Source of the DNA: an uncultured Ignavibacteria bacterium
GTDB lineage: Bacteria > Zixibacteria > MSB-5A5 > WJJR01
Reading direction: 5' to 3'
Assembly (NCBI GenBank): GCA_964371625.1
Contig: CAYJMP010000001.1
Span: forward strand, 1,492,601 to 1,556,600
Length of the DNA stretch: 64,000 nucleotides
Shown: positions 26,921 through 37,300 of the stretch, piece by piece
Layout of the letters: every line of letters starts with the position of its first letter
Numbering within the stretch: position 1 is the first letter of the stretch
Made by a program: the position numbers and the translations under genes
Notes under the pieces: model-generated
Seen by the model: only the letters and a program-made list of their open reading frames with translations
Told to the model about the DNA's origin: nothing
Databases searched by the model: none

Positions 26921-28025
26921 CGGCCTCCTGATCACCACACTCGCCGCCATGGCCCCGCCAGTCAGCGCGCAGGTCCATGTCAGCGCCTTGTTGTCCATGG
27001 TTGCCCGCAACAAGGACGCAGCCATCGAGAGCAACAAGACCAACTTCGGCATCACGGCCTATGACGCGGTCTATTCCCGTCTCTTTGTCGACGCCGCCGT
27101 GACCGATCGTCTCTCGGCATTCCTCCAACTCTTCTCTCATGAGTACGACGGCGCGATTTTCTATGGCGCCTATGTTCGGTACGACCACACGCCCAACACC
27201 CATCTTGAAGCCGGTTTGATGCCGCTCCCGGTCGGTTTGTGGCCGCCCCGTACCTACGCCGACAAGAACCCCCTGGTATCGGTCCCGGCGATCTATCAAT
27301 ACAAGACTCCGGTGGATGGATACAAAGAACTGCAGACCTCGCCCGAGCAACTTCTGGATGAGCGTGGCGAATCGGAATATGCGCCGATTCTCTACGAGTT
27401 TTGCTGGAACACAGGCGTTCACGCTTACGCGTCGTACCGCCAATTCGATTTCGGGTTCGCCCTGCTTAACGGCTCACTCGGATCGCCACGCCGCGAAGTC
27501 GTTTACAATCGCCCCGCCGTGGCGGTGCATCTCAACTGGGTCCCAAGTGCGTATGCGACCATTGGCGGGTGGGTCTCAGGAGGTCCGTATCTATCACCCG
27601 GCTTCGAGGCGGGCCTGCCTTCGGGAAAGCAGGTCGAAGATTACAACCAGCTGATGGCCGGCGGGCTGCTCCAAGCCTCCGCCGGGCATGCGGAACTGAA
27701 TGCGGAAGTGATTATCAACCGCTTTGAACATCCCCACCTCGGCGATCTCGACAACGTCGGTGGGTATGCAGACATCAAATACACGTTCGCCACACGATCG
27801 TGGGCGGCTGGCCGGTTCGATGCGCTGACTTTTTCCAGGTTGGACGCTCCGGGAGCCAATTCCCAGAAATGGGAATACCCACTGGTTCGATTCGAATTCG
27901 GTGTGGGAAGACGGCTCTCTGAACGGTCACTCGTGAAAGCCGTCACTCAGATCGTTCGGCGCCAGGACGCGCCGAACTCATTCGATGGGGAAATTTACGC
28001 CATCCAGTTCACGGTTGAACTGTAG
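26901..28025 (+). CDS. Hypothetical secreted/outer-membrane protein
   Basis: Signal peptide MRLLRSSGLLITTLAAMAPPVSAQ, beta-rich composition; overlaps the kinase gene by 20 nt. No recognisable motif. Confidence 0.4.
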   Translation: MRLLRSSGLLITTLAAMAPPVSAQVHVSALLSMVARNKDAAIESNKTNFGITAYDAVYSRLFVDAAVTDRLSAFLQLFSHEYDGAIFYGAYVRYDHTPNTHLEAGLMPLPVGLWPPRTYADKNPLVSVPAIYQYKTPVDGYKELQTSPEQLLDERGESEYAPILYEFCWNTGVHAYASYRQFDFGFALLNGSLGSPRREVVYNRPAVAVHLNWVPSAYATIGGWVSGGPYLSPGFEAGLPSGKQVEDYNQLMAGGLLQASAGHAELNAEVIINRFEHPHLGDLDNVGGYADIKYTFATRSWAAGRFDALTFSRLDAPGANSQKWEYPLVRFEFGVGRRLSERSLVKAVTQIVRRQDAPNSFDGEIYAIQFTVEL

Positions 28026-28056
28026 TTGACAATACTTGTCCTGACAGTATCTTGGG
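28021..28056 (+). promoter_or_regulatory. Sigma70-like promoter candidate upstream of the secreted protease gene
   Basis: TTGACA-ATACTTGTCCTGACAG-TATCTT: -35 box, 16-nt spacer, -10 box, about 60 nt upstream of 28117. Confidence 0.3.
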
Positions 28057-28116
28057 GGTCGTAACATGGTCCTCCCTGCCGTTCCTAAACTCAAGCTTTG
28101 AAAAGGTACCTCGATA

Positions 28117-31100
28117 ATGCCACGCTCGTTTAGTGTCGTAGGTCTTGTGAGGATCCTCGCGGTCCTCTGTTGCCTCTGTTTCTTGGGAATCGATCAGACC
28201 GGATCGGTCAATGTCTCGCTGGCCGAACCGGGAGACAAATCCGATTACACGGTCCCCGACGATTTGGGCGGCCGCAAGTTTCACGCCGACTCTGCATACT
28301 CGCTGACGCGGGGCGAAGGCTCGACAACGGACGGGACGCAATTCGAGGTCATCTACGGCACGGACGATCGCAAGGACATCTACAACGTCATCGATGCCCA
28401 ACAATTACAGGTCGCGCAGGCCACTTGCCTGATCGTCGATGTCAGCGAGTTGACAAACAACGGCAATGGGACGTACTCGCTGGCGACATCCGCTTGGACT
28501 ACCCAGGGCGGAACGACGATCTGCGCCGCTGAACCTTTCCGTGGACAGCTGACAGCAGGATTTTGCACTGGCTTTCTCATCGGCGACAGCTTGTTGGCCA
28601 CAGCGGGGCACTGCATCAGCAACCTTGACTGCGGCGGTACGGCGTTCGTCTTCGGATTCCAGCAGATCGATGCAACAACCCCACCGGTGACCACGATCGC
28701 GGCGGACAACATCTACTTTTGCGATGGTATCGTTACGCGCCAATACTCCGGTGACTTCGATTATTCGCTGGTGCAGCTTGATCGCGCGGTGGTCGGCCGG
28801 GAGCCCTTGCCCATTCGGAGAACCGGCGTGGTCAGCAACAGCGATCCGCTCTTTGTCGTTGGACACGGCATCACACTCCCGATGAAGGCCGCCGACAACG
28901 CGGTGGTCAAGAACGCCAACGGCGCGACCGCCTGGTTCCAGGCCAATCTCGACACCTACGGCGGCAACTCGGGGTCCCCGGTCTTCGGTGTCAATTCGGG
29001 CATGATTGAAGGGATCCTCGTCCGGGGCGCGCCGGACTTCGTCACGGTGGATGGATGCGTTAGATCCAATCAGGTCCCGGATACCGGCAACACCGGGAGC
29101 GGCCTGAAGTTCGAAGAAGTCAGCAAGACGATTACCTTTCAGTCCTTCGTGCCCGAATTGATCTCTGAGGCCGGCACGATCAAACTCAATCGACTTAAGT
29201 ACAACTGCGCCGATCTGGCCCAACTGGAAGTGCGCGATCTCGACCTTCAGGGCGCAGGGATTCTCGGTGTCACCGTCGGGACCAGCTCCGGAGACTCGGA
29301 AACATTAACACTGACGGAGACAGGACTGGCGACGGGGATTTTCCAAGGGGCGATTTCTACCAGCGACGGAGCCGTCAACCCTGGTAATGACAAAGCCGAT
29401 GTAGCCCATGAAGACAGCATCTTCGCGATCTACACCGACGCCGACGACGGCACCGGATCACCGGCCACAGACGCAGACACCGCTTCGATCGATTGCCAGG
29501 GACCGGTCATCTCCAACGTCAACACACCGGAGATTGGCGGATCGTACGCGCTCGTCGCCTTCGATACGGACGAGCAAGCGGTATCGCAAGTCGACTACGG
29601 GGTAACCTGCGGCAACCTCACGGGCACGGCGGCGGGCGGCGCGACAGCTTCGCATCTGGTCAATGTCGCGGGGTTAACACAACTCACAACCTATTACTAC
29701 ACTGTGGAAGCGAGTGACGCCGCCGGCAACACGACCATTGCCGACAACCTCGGAGCCTGCTACAGCTTCACGACCGTCGACCAACCCGATTTTTTCACGG
29801 AGATCTTCACGACCGGCGATAACGATCTTGACAATCAGTCGCTGACGTTTACACCCGATGCCTCAAGCGATTTCTACAGTGTTTGCGTCGGACCAGCCGC
29901 ATCGTTTCCGACTGACCCCAGCACGGGTACCGCCGTCACTCTGGGCGATGATGCAGATTCGTTGGTGAATTTGACCGGAGGCGCGCAGGTTCACTTGTAC
30001 GGTACCGCTTACTCCTCGCTCTACATCAGCTCAAATGGATATCTGACCTTTGTGGCGGGCGACGACGACTATGATGAATCGCTCGCGGACCATTTTGCCA
30101 TCCCTCACGTGTCAATTCTCTATGACGATCTCCATCCCGGTCAGGGATCGGCGTCAATCCGGCGCGAGCAATTTTCCGATCGCTTCGTGGTGACGTATCA
30201 GAACGTCTCAGAGTACAATGCCGGCAATCTGAATAGCTTCCAAGCCGAGCTGTATTTCGATGGCAAGATCGTGATGACTTACCTCGCCATCGCCGCCTCG
30301 GACGGCTTGGCGGGACTATCCCAAGGCGTTGGGATTCCGGTCGGCTTTACTGAGTCGGATCTCTCCGCGTATGGGGGGTGCAGCTGCCCGGACGGGGATG
30401 CCGATGGCGTGTGTGACCTTGACGACAATTGTCCTCTGACGGCTAATCCCCTGCAGGAAGATAGCGATGTCGACTCGGTGGGCGATGTGTGTGATAACTG
30501 CCCAGATACCGCAAACACGACACAGACGAACTCGGATGCGGACGGCATCGGCGATGCCTGCGACAACTGTGCTCTCGTTGCCAATAATGACCAAGTGGAC
30601 ACCGATGGCGATGGACTCGGCGATGCCTGCGACAATTGCCCGCAAATCGCCAATCCACTGCAGGAGGACCTCGACGCCGATTCGGTCGGAGACGTTTGCG
30701 ACAATTGCCCCTCCCTCCCCAACACGGCCCAAGTCAACTCTGATGCCGACTCACTCGGCGACGCTTGTGATAATTGCCCCTTGGTCTCGAACATCGACCA
30801 GACGGATGGCGATGGCGACAATGTCGGCGATTCCTGCGACGGTTGCCCATACATCCCCAATCCCGATCAAGTCGGTTGCTCGCATCACGGTGACCCGGAC
30901 ACAAACGGGGTGACGGATATTATCGATGTGGTGATGATCGTCGAGATCGCTTTCCGCTACGGCGACGCCTTGGTCGATCCGACGTGCCCGCACGCGCCCG
31001 CCGGCCGCACCGATGTAAACTGTGATGGTGTGACGGATATCATCGACGTGACCATGATGGTAAACGTCGCTTTTCGGGCAGGAACCGAGCAGTTCTGCAA

Positions 31101-31140
31101 CCCCTGCAAGTGCAATCCCTATCCGACGAATTGCCCTTAG
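28117..31140 (+). CDS. Large secreted multidomain protein: trypsin-like serine peptidase (S1) domain, beta-rich middle region, about 6 thrombospondin type-3-like calcium-binding repeats, and a C-terminal Cys-containing dockerin-like module
   Basis: Signal/TM at the N-terminus. S1 catalytic motifs are LLATAGHC (His), then Asp, then GGNSGSPVF (Ser). TSP3-like repeats: [96 protein letters not shown]... The C-terminal [25 protein letters not shown]...[25 protein letters not shown]...CNPCKC resembles paired dockerin repeats. Confidence 0.7.
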   Translation: MPRSFSVVGLVRILAVLCCLCFLGIDQTGSVNVSLAEPGDKSDYTVPDDLGGRKFHADSAYSLTRGEGSTTDGTQFEVIYGTDDRKDIYNVIDAQQLQVAQATCLIVDVSELTNNGNGTYSLATSAWTTQGGTTICAAEPFRGQLTAGFCTGFLIGDSLLATAGHCISNLDCGGTAFVFGFQQIDATTPPVTTIAADNIYFCDGIVTRQYSGDFDYSLVQLDRAVVGREPLPIRRTGVVSNSDPLFVVGHGITLPMKAADNAVVKNANGATAWFQANLDTYGGNSGSPVFGVNSGMIEGILVRGAPDFVTVDGCVRSNQVPDTGNTGSGLKFEEVSKTITFQSFVPELISEAGTIKLNRLKYNCADLAQLEVRDLDLQGAGILGVTVGTSSGDSETLTLTETGLATGIFQGAISTSDGAVNPGNDKADVAHEDSIFAIYTDADDGTGSPATDADTASIDCQGPVISNVNTPEIGGSYALVAFDTDEQAVSQVDYGVTCGNLTGTAAGGATASHLVNVAGLTQLTTYYYTVEASDAAGNTTIADNLGACYSFTTVDQPDFFTEIFTTGDNDLDNQSLTFTPDASSDFYSVCVGPAASFPTDPSTGTAVTLGDDADSLVNLTGGAQVHLYGTAYSSLYISSNGYLTFVAGDDDYDESLADHFAIPHVSILYDDLHPGQGSASIRREQFSDRFVVTYQNVSEYNAGNLNSFQAELYFDGKIVMTYLAIAASDGLAGLSQGVGIPVGFTESDLSAYGGCSCPDGDADGVCDLDDNCPLTANPLQEDSDVDSVGDVCDNCPDTANTTQTNSDADGIGDACDNCALVANNDQVDTDGDGLGDACDNCPQIANPLQEDLDADSVGDVCDNCPSLPNTAQVNSDADSLGDACDNCPLVSNIDQTDGDGDNVGDSCDGCPYIPNPDQVGCSHHGDPDTNGVTDIIDVVMIVEIAFRYGDALVDPTCPHAPAGRTDVNCDGVTDIIDVTMMVNVAFRAGTEQFCNPCKCNPYPTNCP

Positions 31141-31218
31141 AAACGAGTGGATACCGAATGCAAAAGGAGCCGGTCAAATGACCGGCCCCTTGGTTCTGGA
31201 CTCGGGATTCGAGGAGGG

Positions 31219-32361
31219 TCAACAGCGCCACCGTCGATTCAAATGCGGTGAGAACTCTCCTCCCGCAACAAAGTCCGCGAGTGTCACGGGTTGGCGTTTC
31301 GCGCCCCACTGCCCGGGTTGAGAATCGAAGAGTCCCGCGATCATACTGCCGCATCTTTCGCAGTGCCCCTCCCCGGTCAGATGCCAATCGGTCATCGTGT
31401 ACCAGTCGCGCCCGATCAACTTCTCGCCGCAATTCGGACAGTAGGTCGATTCACCATCTTCATCGTGGACATTGCCTGTGTACGCGTAGTGTAAGCCGTT
31501 CTGAAGTGCGATCCGTCGCGCCCGGGAAAGGGTCGCCGCGGGTGTTTGTGGACGGTCGGTGAGTTTCCAATCCGGGTGGAATGCGGTGAAGTGAATCGGC
31601 ACATCTCTCCCGAGATGTTTCACAATCCAGCGTGTCATCGCGTCGATTTCCGCATCGCTGTCATTCATGCCCGGGATGATTAAGTTGGTAATCTCGAACC
31701 ACACAGACGTTTCATTCTTCAGATAGACCAGGGTGTCAAGTACCGCATCCAGATGGCCGCCGCAGACGTTACGGTAGAACGCCTCGGAGAATGCCTTGAG
31801 ATCGACATTCGCCGCATCCATGTGACGGTAGAATTCCGCTCGTGGATCGGGGGCCATGTATCCCGCCGTCACGGCAACTGTCTTGATGCCGGCTGCACGA
31901 CACGCCGCCGCGACGTCGATCGCGTACTCCATAAAGATCACCGGATCGTTGTAAGTGAACGCAATACTGCGGCAGCCCAATTCGACCGCGGCATGTGCCA
32001 CCAATTCGGGCGATGCCTGATCGGCCAGAGTGTCGGTTTCCCGCGACTTGCTGATGTCCCAGTTCTGACAGAAAAGGCAGGTAAGGTTGCAGCCAGCGGT
32101 ACCGAATGACAGCACCGGTGTGCCCGGCAAGAAATGGTAGAGCGGCTTCTTCTCGATCGGATCCACGCAGAACCCGCTCGAACGGCCGTAAGTTGTCAGC
32201 ACGACGGCGTCATCCTGCCGCATCCGGACAAAGCACAGCCCCCGCTGCCCCTCGTTCAATCTGCAGAATCGCGGGCAGACGTCACACTGAACGCGGCCAT
32301 CGTCCAGACGGTGCCAATATTTCGTTGGCACCACCGCCTCTATCGGCATCAATGCCTTCAC
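31219..32361 (-). CDS. Radical SAM enzyme of the AmmeMemoRadiSam-system type (PFL-activase-like)
   Basis: N-terminal KYWHRLDDGRVQCDVCPRFCRLNEGQRGLCFVR, the radical-SAM cluster GCNLTCLFCQNW, and a C-terminal Cys-rich YCPNCGEKL...CERCG; these match the AmmeMemoRadiSam radical SAM family signature as I recall it. Confidence 0.6.
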   Translation of the reverse strand: MKALMPIEAVVPTKYWHRLDDGRVQCDVCPRFCRLNEGQRGLCFVRMRQDDAVVLTTYGRSSGFCVDPIEKKPLYHFLPGTPVLSFGTAGCNLTCLFCQNWDISKSRETDTLADQASPELVAHAAVELGCRSIAFTYNDPVIFMEYAIDVAAACRAAGIKTVAVTAGYMAPDPRAEFYRHMDAANVDLKAFSEAFYRNVCGGHLDAVLDTLVYLKNETSVWFEITNLIIPGMNDSDAEIDAMTRWIVKHLGRDVPIHFTAFHPDWKLTDRPQTPAATLSRARRIALQNGLHYAYTGNVHDEDGESTYCPNCGEKLIGRDWYTMTDWHLTGEGHCERCGSMIAGLFDSQPGQWGAKRQPVTLADFVAGGEFSPHLNRRWRC

Positions 32362-32422
32362 TCTGATAAGTTATACGCACGCACCGTGAATTTGTAGGCG
32401 GAGGTGACGCTGTGCCAGGTAC

Positions 32423-34606
32423 TTAACAGGATTTGACAATCTCCGCGGGGATGGACTTGAATGCCGGGGTCTTTGATTGGGGGTCGATCCTGCGGGGCAC
32501 CAGGATATTTGCCTCCGGGTAGTACATGGCGATATTGCCGGGCGCGATGTCAATGATCGCCACATGGGCGTGTAACGCCCCCACCTCGGTTCGCACGGTC
32601 ACGCCGTCGCCCTCGCGAAGCAATAAGATTCCGGCATCCCGCGCAGAGATCATCACGACGTCCCGTCGGGTGTTACCGCGGTACAGATCCTCTTCCTCGT
32701 AGACCACGGTATTGAATTGGCCCTCTGACCGAATGGTTGTTAGGCGGAATTCGCCTTTCCCGGCGACCGCGGCCGGCAGGCGTGTGACAAAAAACTGCGC
32801 CCGTCGTTCAGTCGTGCCGAACTCTGGCAGATGAAATGTCCGCCCGCGGATCTGAAATTCGTGCCTGGTCTTGTCGATCTCGGCCAACTCTTCAAGACCC
32901 GGCACGACACGCGCCATTTCCTGGCGCAGGTGCCGGTGCGAGCGCAGCGCCTTCCAATCGAATCGGCCCGATGGCAGAATCCGCTCGGCGAGTTCCGCGA
33001 TCACCTCGACTTCCGAGCGCATCTCACCGGCCACGGCAGGTATACCGCCGTCCGACAGGCGCACGAAATTGAACATCGACTCCTGTGTCGTCGCCTGGAA
33101 TTCTTCATCGCGCGCCAGCACCGGCAGAATGATCGACGTCTGATCACGCCCGTGGATATGCCCCTCGTTCAGTTTGGTCGTGATTGAGAGCGTGAAGGGA
33201 ATTCGCCGGAGCGCGATCCCGGCCCAATCACGATCGGGATTAGAGGAGAAGAGATTGCCCCCGAGCAAGACCGCCGCTTTGATCCGCCCCGCATGTGCCG
33301 CCTCCATCGATGCATATGTGTCCATTCCCGGCGTCCGGGGGACAGTGATTCCATAAACCTCCTCCAGCTTCTCGGCAAACACCCGCTTGACCGCCGGCGA
33401 GACGCCGACAGATCCGACTCCCTGCACATTCGAATGTCCGCGAATCGGTAGAAGCCCACACCCCGGCTTGCCCACCCATCCGCGCGCCAGCGCGAGATTG
33501 GCCAGCGCAATGATATTGTCTACGCCATTCTCGTGGTGCGTTAGCCCCATCGCCCAGAGAAAGATGCCGCGTTGCGCCTTGAGCAAGGCGGACACCGCGC
33601 GACTCAGACTCTCTTGATCCAGGCCGCACGCTTCGAGGAGGTCCCGCCACGACGTCTGCATGACATCGTGGACGACCTCTTCCCAACCCTGCGTGTGTTG
33701 ACTGATAAAGTCGTGGTCGATTCCCCCGCGCTCGAACACGCCCTTGAGCAGCGCTTTGAAGACGGCGACATCGCTGCCCACATGCGGTTGGAGATAGATG
33801 TCGCTGACGGTCGAGCCGAAGAGCATACTACGCCAATCCGACGGCACACGGAATCGTGTCAGCCCCAGTTCCTTGATCGGATTCACCACGATGACAATTC
33901 CGCCGCGACGTCGCAACTGCACCAATTGCGAGATCAGGCGCGGATGATTGCTGGCGGGGTTGGCCCCGGCGACGATCGCGAGATCGGCTTTGGCGAGGTC
34001 ATCCAGTACAATGGTGGAGGTTCCAGTGCCAACCACGCGACTCAATGCCACACCGGATGCCGAATGGCAGTAGAACGAACAATTGTGAATGTGTGCGGTG
34101 CCGAACGCCCGTGCGATCAACTGAAAGAGAAACGCCGCCTCATTGCTCGATCTCCCCGATGAATAGAAGAAGACTTCGTCCGGGGGAACGCCGGAAATCT
34201 TCTCACCAGAAAGCCTGAGCGCTTCATCCCAGGAGACTCGCCGGAAGTGCGTATCGCCGGGGCGGGCGATGATGGGGAATGCGAGCCGTCCGAGACGCTC
34301 AATTGCCGCGGGGCTCAGTCGCCCAAGGTTCTCAATCGACATCTCTGCAAACAGATCTTCACTGATCGCGCCTTGCATATCCCCCGCCTGCGCTTGCACC
34401 GACTTCTTGCACACCTCGGGGAAATGCCCGGCCTCGTTGACCATGCCACCAGCTTGGCCGCCCATTCCCAGCGCGCAGGTCTTGCAGACATTGCGTCCGC
34501 GCAGACGCCGGTAAAGACGAAGGACCCCACCAGCCTCCCGTCCTTTCTTCCAAACATAGAGGAGGGCGGGCATACCTCCGGCGGCGCTGACTTTCGGTTT
34601 GGCCAT
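32423..34606 (-). CDS. FdhF/YdeP-family molybdopterin oxidoreductase (formate-dehydrogenase-like)
   Basis: Start chosen at MAKPKVSAAGGMPALLYVWKKGREAGG, typical of the YdeP-family N-terminus; the ORF extends to 34825. It has a Cys cluster CKTCALGMGGQ and a molybdopterin oxidoreductase-like body. It is divergent from queE. Confidence 0.7.
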   Translation of the reverse strand: MAKPKVSAAGGMPALLYVWKKGREAGGVLRLYRRLRGRNVCKTCALGMGGQAGGMVNEAGHFPEVCKKSVQAQAGDMQGAISEDLFAEMSIENLGRLSPAAIERLGRLAFPIIARPGDTHFRRVSWDEALRLSGEKISGVPPDEVFFYSSGRSSNEAAFLFQLIARAFGTAHIHNCSFYCHSASGVALSRVVGTGTSTIVLDDLAKADLAIVAGANPASNHPRLISQLVQLRRRGGIVIVVNPIKELGLTRFRVPSDWRSMLFGSTVSDIYLQPHVGSDVAVFKALLKGVFERGGIDHDFISQHTQGWEEVVHDVMQTSWRDLLEACGLDQESLSRAVSALLKAQRGIFLWAMGLTHHENGVDNIIALANLALARGWVGKPGCGLLPIRGHSNVQGVGSVGVSPAVKRVFAEKLEEVYGITVPRTPGMDTYASMEAAHAGRIKAAVLLGGNLFSSNPDRDWAGIALRRIPFTLSITTKLNEGHIHGRDQTSIILPVLARDEEFQATTQESMFNFVRLSDGGIPAVAGEMRSEVEVIAELAERILPSGRFDWKALRSHRHLRQEMARVVPGLEELAEIDKTRHEFQIRGRTFHLPEFGTTERRAQFFVTRLPAAVAGKGEFRLTTIRSEGQFNTVVYEEEDLYRGNTRRDVVMISARDAGILLLREGDGVTVRTEVGALHAHVAIIDIAPGNIAMYYPEANILVPRRIDPQSKTPAFKSIPAEIVKSC

Positions 34607-34703
34607 AAAAAGAAGAACCGAATCTGTCGGATTTCCCGCAAGTGGCCCGTTTATTCGGCCCCGCCCCCTTGTACCGATCCGGTTCGCGGGGTATTTTGTG
34701 GGT

Positions 34704-35360
34704 GTGGATAACGACGCGAACACCCTCGTGATCAACGAGATATATCCGAGCATCCAAGGCGAGTCCTCGTATGCGGGCCTTCCCTGCGTTTTTGTACGGC
34801 TCACTGGCTGCAGTCTGCGCTGCACTTATTGCGATACGGAATACGCCTTCTATGACGGCGAGCGGCGTTCAGTGGATGATGTGCTCAATCAAGTTTCAGA
34901 ATACAAGATACGCTTGGTAGAAATTACCGGCGGCGAACCGCTCCTGCAAAAGGGCTGCGCGACTCTGGCCAAAGGGCTGCTCGGTTTAGGAAAACAGGTT
35001 CTGGTTGAGACTTCGGGCGCATTTCCTATCGATGTCCTGCCCGAAGGCGCGATCCGCATCATGGACCTGAAATGCCCATCATCGGGCGAGTGCGATAAGA
35101 ATGACTGGGACAATATCAAGCGGCTCAAACCGTTCGATGAGGTCAAATTCGTCATCGGCGACCGCGAAGATTATGATTGGACCCGGGACGTGATGCAGAA
35201 ATACAACCTCTCGAAACGATGTGCCGTGCTCATTTCAACGGTCTTCGGGAAGATTGATCCCGCCGCCGTGACTGAATGGATGCTGGCCGATAATCTTGAC
35301 GCGCGATTCCAACTGCAGATGCACAAGTACATCTGGGATCCATTACAACGGGGCGTATGA
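34704..35360 (+). CDS. queE: 7-carboxy-7-deazaguanine synthase (radical SAM)
   Basis: INEIYPSIQGESSYAGLPCVFVRLTGCSLRCTYCDTEY is the QueE signature (CX14CX2C-type cluster). The start is uncertain: GTG at 34704 or 34728 is preferred over ATG at 34599, which would overlap the divergent gene start. Confidence 0.7.
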   Translation: MDNDANTLVINEIYPSIQGESSYAGLPCVFVRLTGCSLRCTYCDTEYAFYDGERRSVDDVLNQVSEYKIRLVEITGGEPLLQKGCATLAKGLLGLGKQVLVETSGAFPIDVLPEGAIRIMDLKCPSSGECDKNDWDNIKRLKPFDEVKFVIGDREDYDWTRDVMQKYNLSKRCAVLISTVFGKIDPAAVTEWMLADNLDARFQLQMHKYIWDPLQRGV

Positions 35361-36055
35361 AGAGCCCGCGTCCCGCTGTGGTTTTGCTCTCTGGCGGTCT
35401 TGATTCCGCCGTGGCGTTGGCCATCAGCCGTAGCGCCAGCTTCTCTCCCTATGCTCTGACCATCGACTATGGCCAACGCCATCGGGTTGAATTGGAGTGC
35501 GCCCAGCGTCTGGCCCAGGCGATGGCTGTTGAGCGTCATATCGTCCTGTCCGTCGATCTCACCCAGTGGGGCGGCTCGGCGCTGACCGCCGCTATCGATG
35601 TCCCCGTGAGGCGCAAGACGGAGTCAATCGGTCAGGATGTTCCGATCACGTACGTGCCAGCTCGGAATACGATCTTCCTTTCGTTGGCCATGGGCTGGGC
35701 GGAGACGTTGAATTGCTCCGATGTCTACATCGGCGCGCATGCGCTTGACTACTCCGGCTACCCCGACTGCCGCCCGGAGTACTTCACCGCGTTCACGCAA
35801 ATGGCCGAACTGGCCACCAGGGCCGGCGTCGAGGGCGCCCGTTGGCAGATCCATACACCACTTCTGCACATGACGAAATCGGACATCATTCGCTTGGGAC
35901 TGTCACTGGGGGTGCCTTTTGCCCAGACGGTTAGCTGCTATCAGCCGCAGATCGATGCCGAGGGAATCATCGCCTGCGGCGTCTGTGATGCCTGCATCAT
36001 CCGCCGCAACGCCTTTACAGAACTGAAGGCCACAGATCCGGTGCGATATGCTTAG
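35357..36055 (+). CDS. queC: 7-cyano-7-deazaguanine synthase
   Basis: VVLLSGGLDSAVAL PP-loop and a C-terminal zinc-binding CYQPQ...CGVCDAC; ATGA overlap with the queE stop. Confidence 0.85.
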   Translation: MKSPRPAVVLLSGGLDSAVALAISRSASFSPYALTIDYGQRHRVELECAQRLAQAMAVERHIVLSVDLTQWGGSALTAAIDVPVRRKTESIGQDVPITYVPARNTIFLSLAMGWAETLNCSDVYIGAHALDYSGYPDCRPEYFTAFTQMAELATRAGVEGARWQIHTPLLHMTKSDIIRLGLSLGVPFAQTVSCYQPQIDAEGIIACGVCDACIIRRNAFTELKATDPVRYA

Positions 36056-36067
36056 TAGGAATTCAGC

Positions 36068-36760
36068 GTGATGATCCTCGAGTGCAAACTGACCTTCGAA
36101 GCGGCGCATCGCAACACGTCGGCACAGGCCGATCAGCGGACCCGCCGTCTGCACGGCCATTCCTACGAGGCAACGATCGCCGTGAAAGGGGAACTGGATC
36201 AGACGATCGGCTGGGTCATGGATTTCGCTGAGGTGAAAGATCGTGCCCGGACTGTGATTGACCGACTCGATCACTACACTCTGAACGAAATTGCGGGAAT
36301 GCGTGACACGACACGCAAAGATGTCGAACGCTGGGCTTCCGAGTCATTGCGCCCCATTCTCCCGGCGTTACACGATTGCCGGATTGCCATAATCGGCGAG
36401 CATCAGTGGTCACCGGCCCTCAAACGCATTCCTTCGGGGGGCGAACGTCTAATCTTCGGCTTCGACGCGGCGCATTTTCTTCCGGCCCTGCCGGAGACGC
36501 ATAAGTGCCGACGGATCCATGGCCATAGCTTTCGGGTCGCCGTGTCATCCCCCGATGCCGGCAAACTTGCTGATCCCCTGTTTGATATCTATACGATGCT
36601 GGATCATCGCCTGTTAAATGAAGTCCCCGGCCTGGAAAACCCGACATCGGAGAGGCTCGCTCAGTGGATCGATCAAGAATTGAAAGGTCGCAAGTGTGGT
36701 TACACGGAAATCAGAGTCGCGGAAACGTGTACTTCCTCCTGTCGCTTGAATCGTGAGTAA
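36068..36760 (+). CDS. queD: 6-carboxy-5,6,7,8-tetrahydropterin synthase, duplicated two-domain form
   Basis: Two tandem PTPS-like halves, each with the catalytic triad motifs (CKLTFEAAHR...LHGHSY and FDAAHFLP...CRRIHGHSF). Confidence 0.7.
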   Translation: MMILECKLTFEAAHRNTSAQADQRTRRLHGHSYEATIAVKGELDQTIGWVMDFAEVKDRARTVIDRLDHYTLNEIAGMRDTTRKDVERWASESLRPILPALHDCRIAIIGEHQWSPALKRIPSGGERLIFGFDAAHFLPALPETHKCRRIHGHSFRVAVSSPDAGKLADPLFDIYTMLDHRLLNEVPGLENPTSERLAQWIDQELKGRKCGYTEIRVAETCTSSCRLNRE

Positions 36761-36855
36761 TAACACGGCAAGAGCGTCATTGCGAGGAGGAGTCCGCCGC
36801 GGTGGACGACGACGAAGCAATCCTTGTTGCTCTGTATGATGAATAGGAGAACTCG

Positions 36856-37296
36856 ATGAAGAAACGCAGCTCACCCCGCGCCTCCCTCACCCACCTCGGC
36901 CGCGGCCCGGCCAAACCAATTCGAAAACTCGAGGCCTTCCCCAACTCGTATCCCAAGCGCGACACGGTCATCACGTTCAACTGCGACGAGTTCACATGCC
37001 TCTGCCCAATCACCGGGCAACCCGACTTCGCGACGTTGGAGATTTCCTATATCCCCAACAGGCTCGTCCTCGAAAGCAAGTCGTTGAAGCTGTATCTGTG
37101 GACCTACCGCGATGTCGGCATCTTCCACGAGAATGTCTGCAACGAACTTCTCGACGCCCTTTCCGCATTCCTCAAGCCCCGCTGGATCCGCGTAATCGGC
37201 CGCTTCTACGCCCGCGGCGGAATTGGCATTGATGTGATAGCAGAAGGCGGCAGGCCGCCTAAGCAACTTCCGGCAGGCTCTGCGAACGGTTGGTAG
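36856..37296 (+). CDS. queF: NADPH-dependent 7-cyano-7-deazaguanine reductase (unimodular type)
   Basis: TCLCPITGQPDFATLEISYIP (catalytic Cys) and the QueF motif ESKSLKLYLW. Confidence 0.8.
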   Translation: MKKRSSPRASLTHLGRGPAKPIRKLEAFPNSYPKRDTVITFNCDEFTCLCPITGQPDFATLEISYIPNRLVLESKSLKLYLWTYRDVGIFHENVCNELLDALSAFLKPRWIRVIGRFYARGGIGIDVIAEGGRPPKQLPAGSANGW

Positions 37297-37300
37297 ACTG

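Noticed and set aside
34607-34703. Looked for a preQ1 riboswitch in the que operon leader, and in 36761..36855 upstream of queF
   Set aside because: No preQ1-I-like hairpin with an A-rich tail, and no other recognisable riboswitch consensus, could be seen by eye. This remains unverified without a covariance-model scan.
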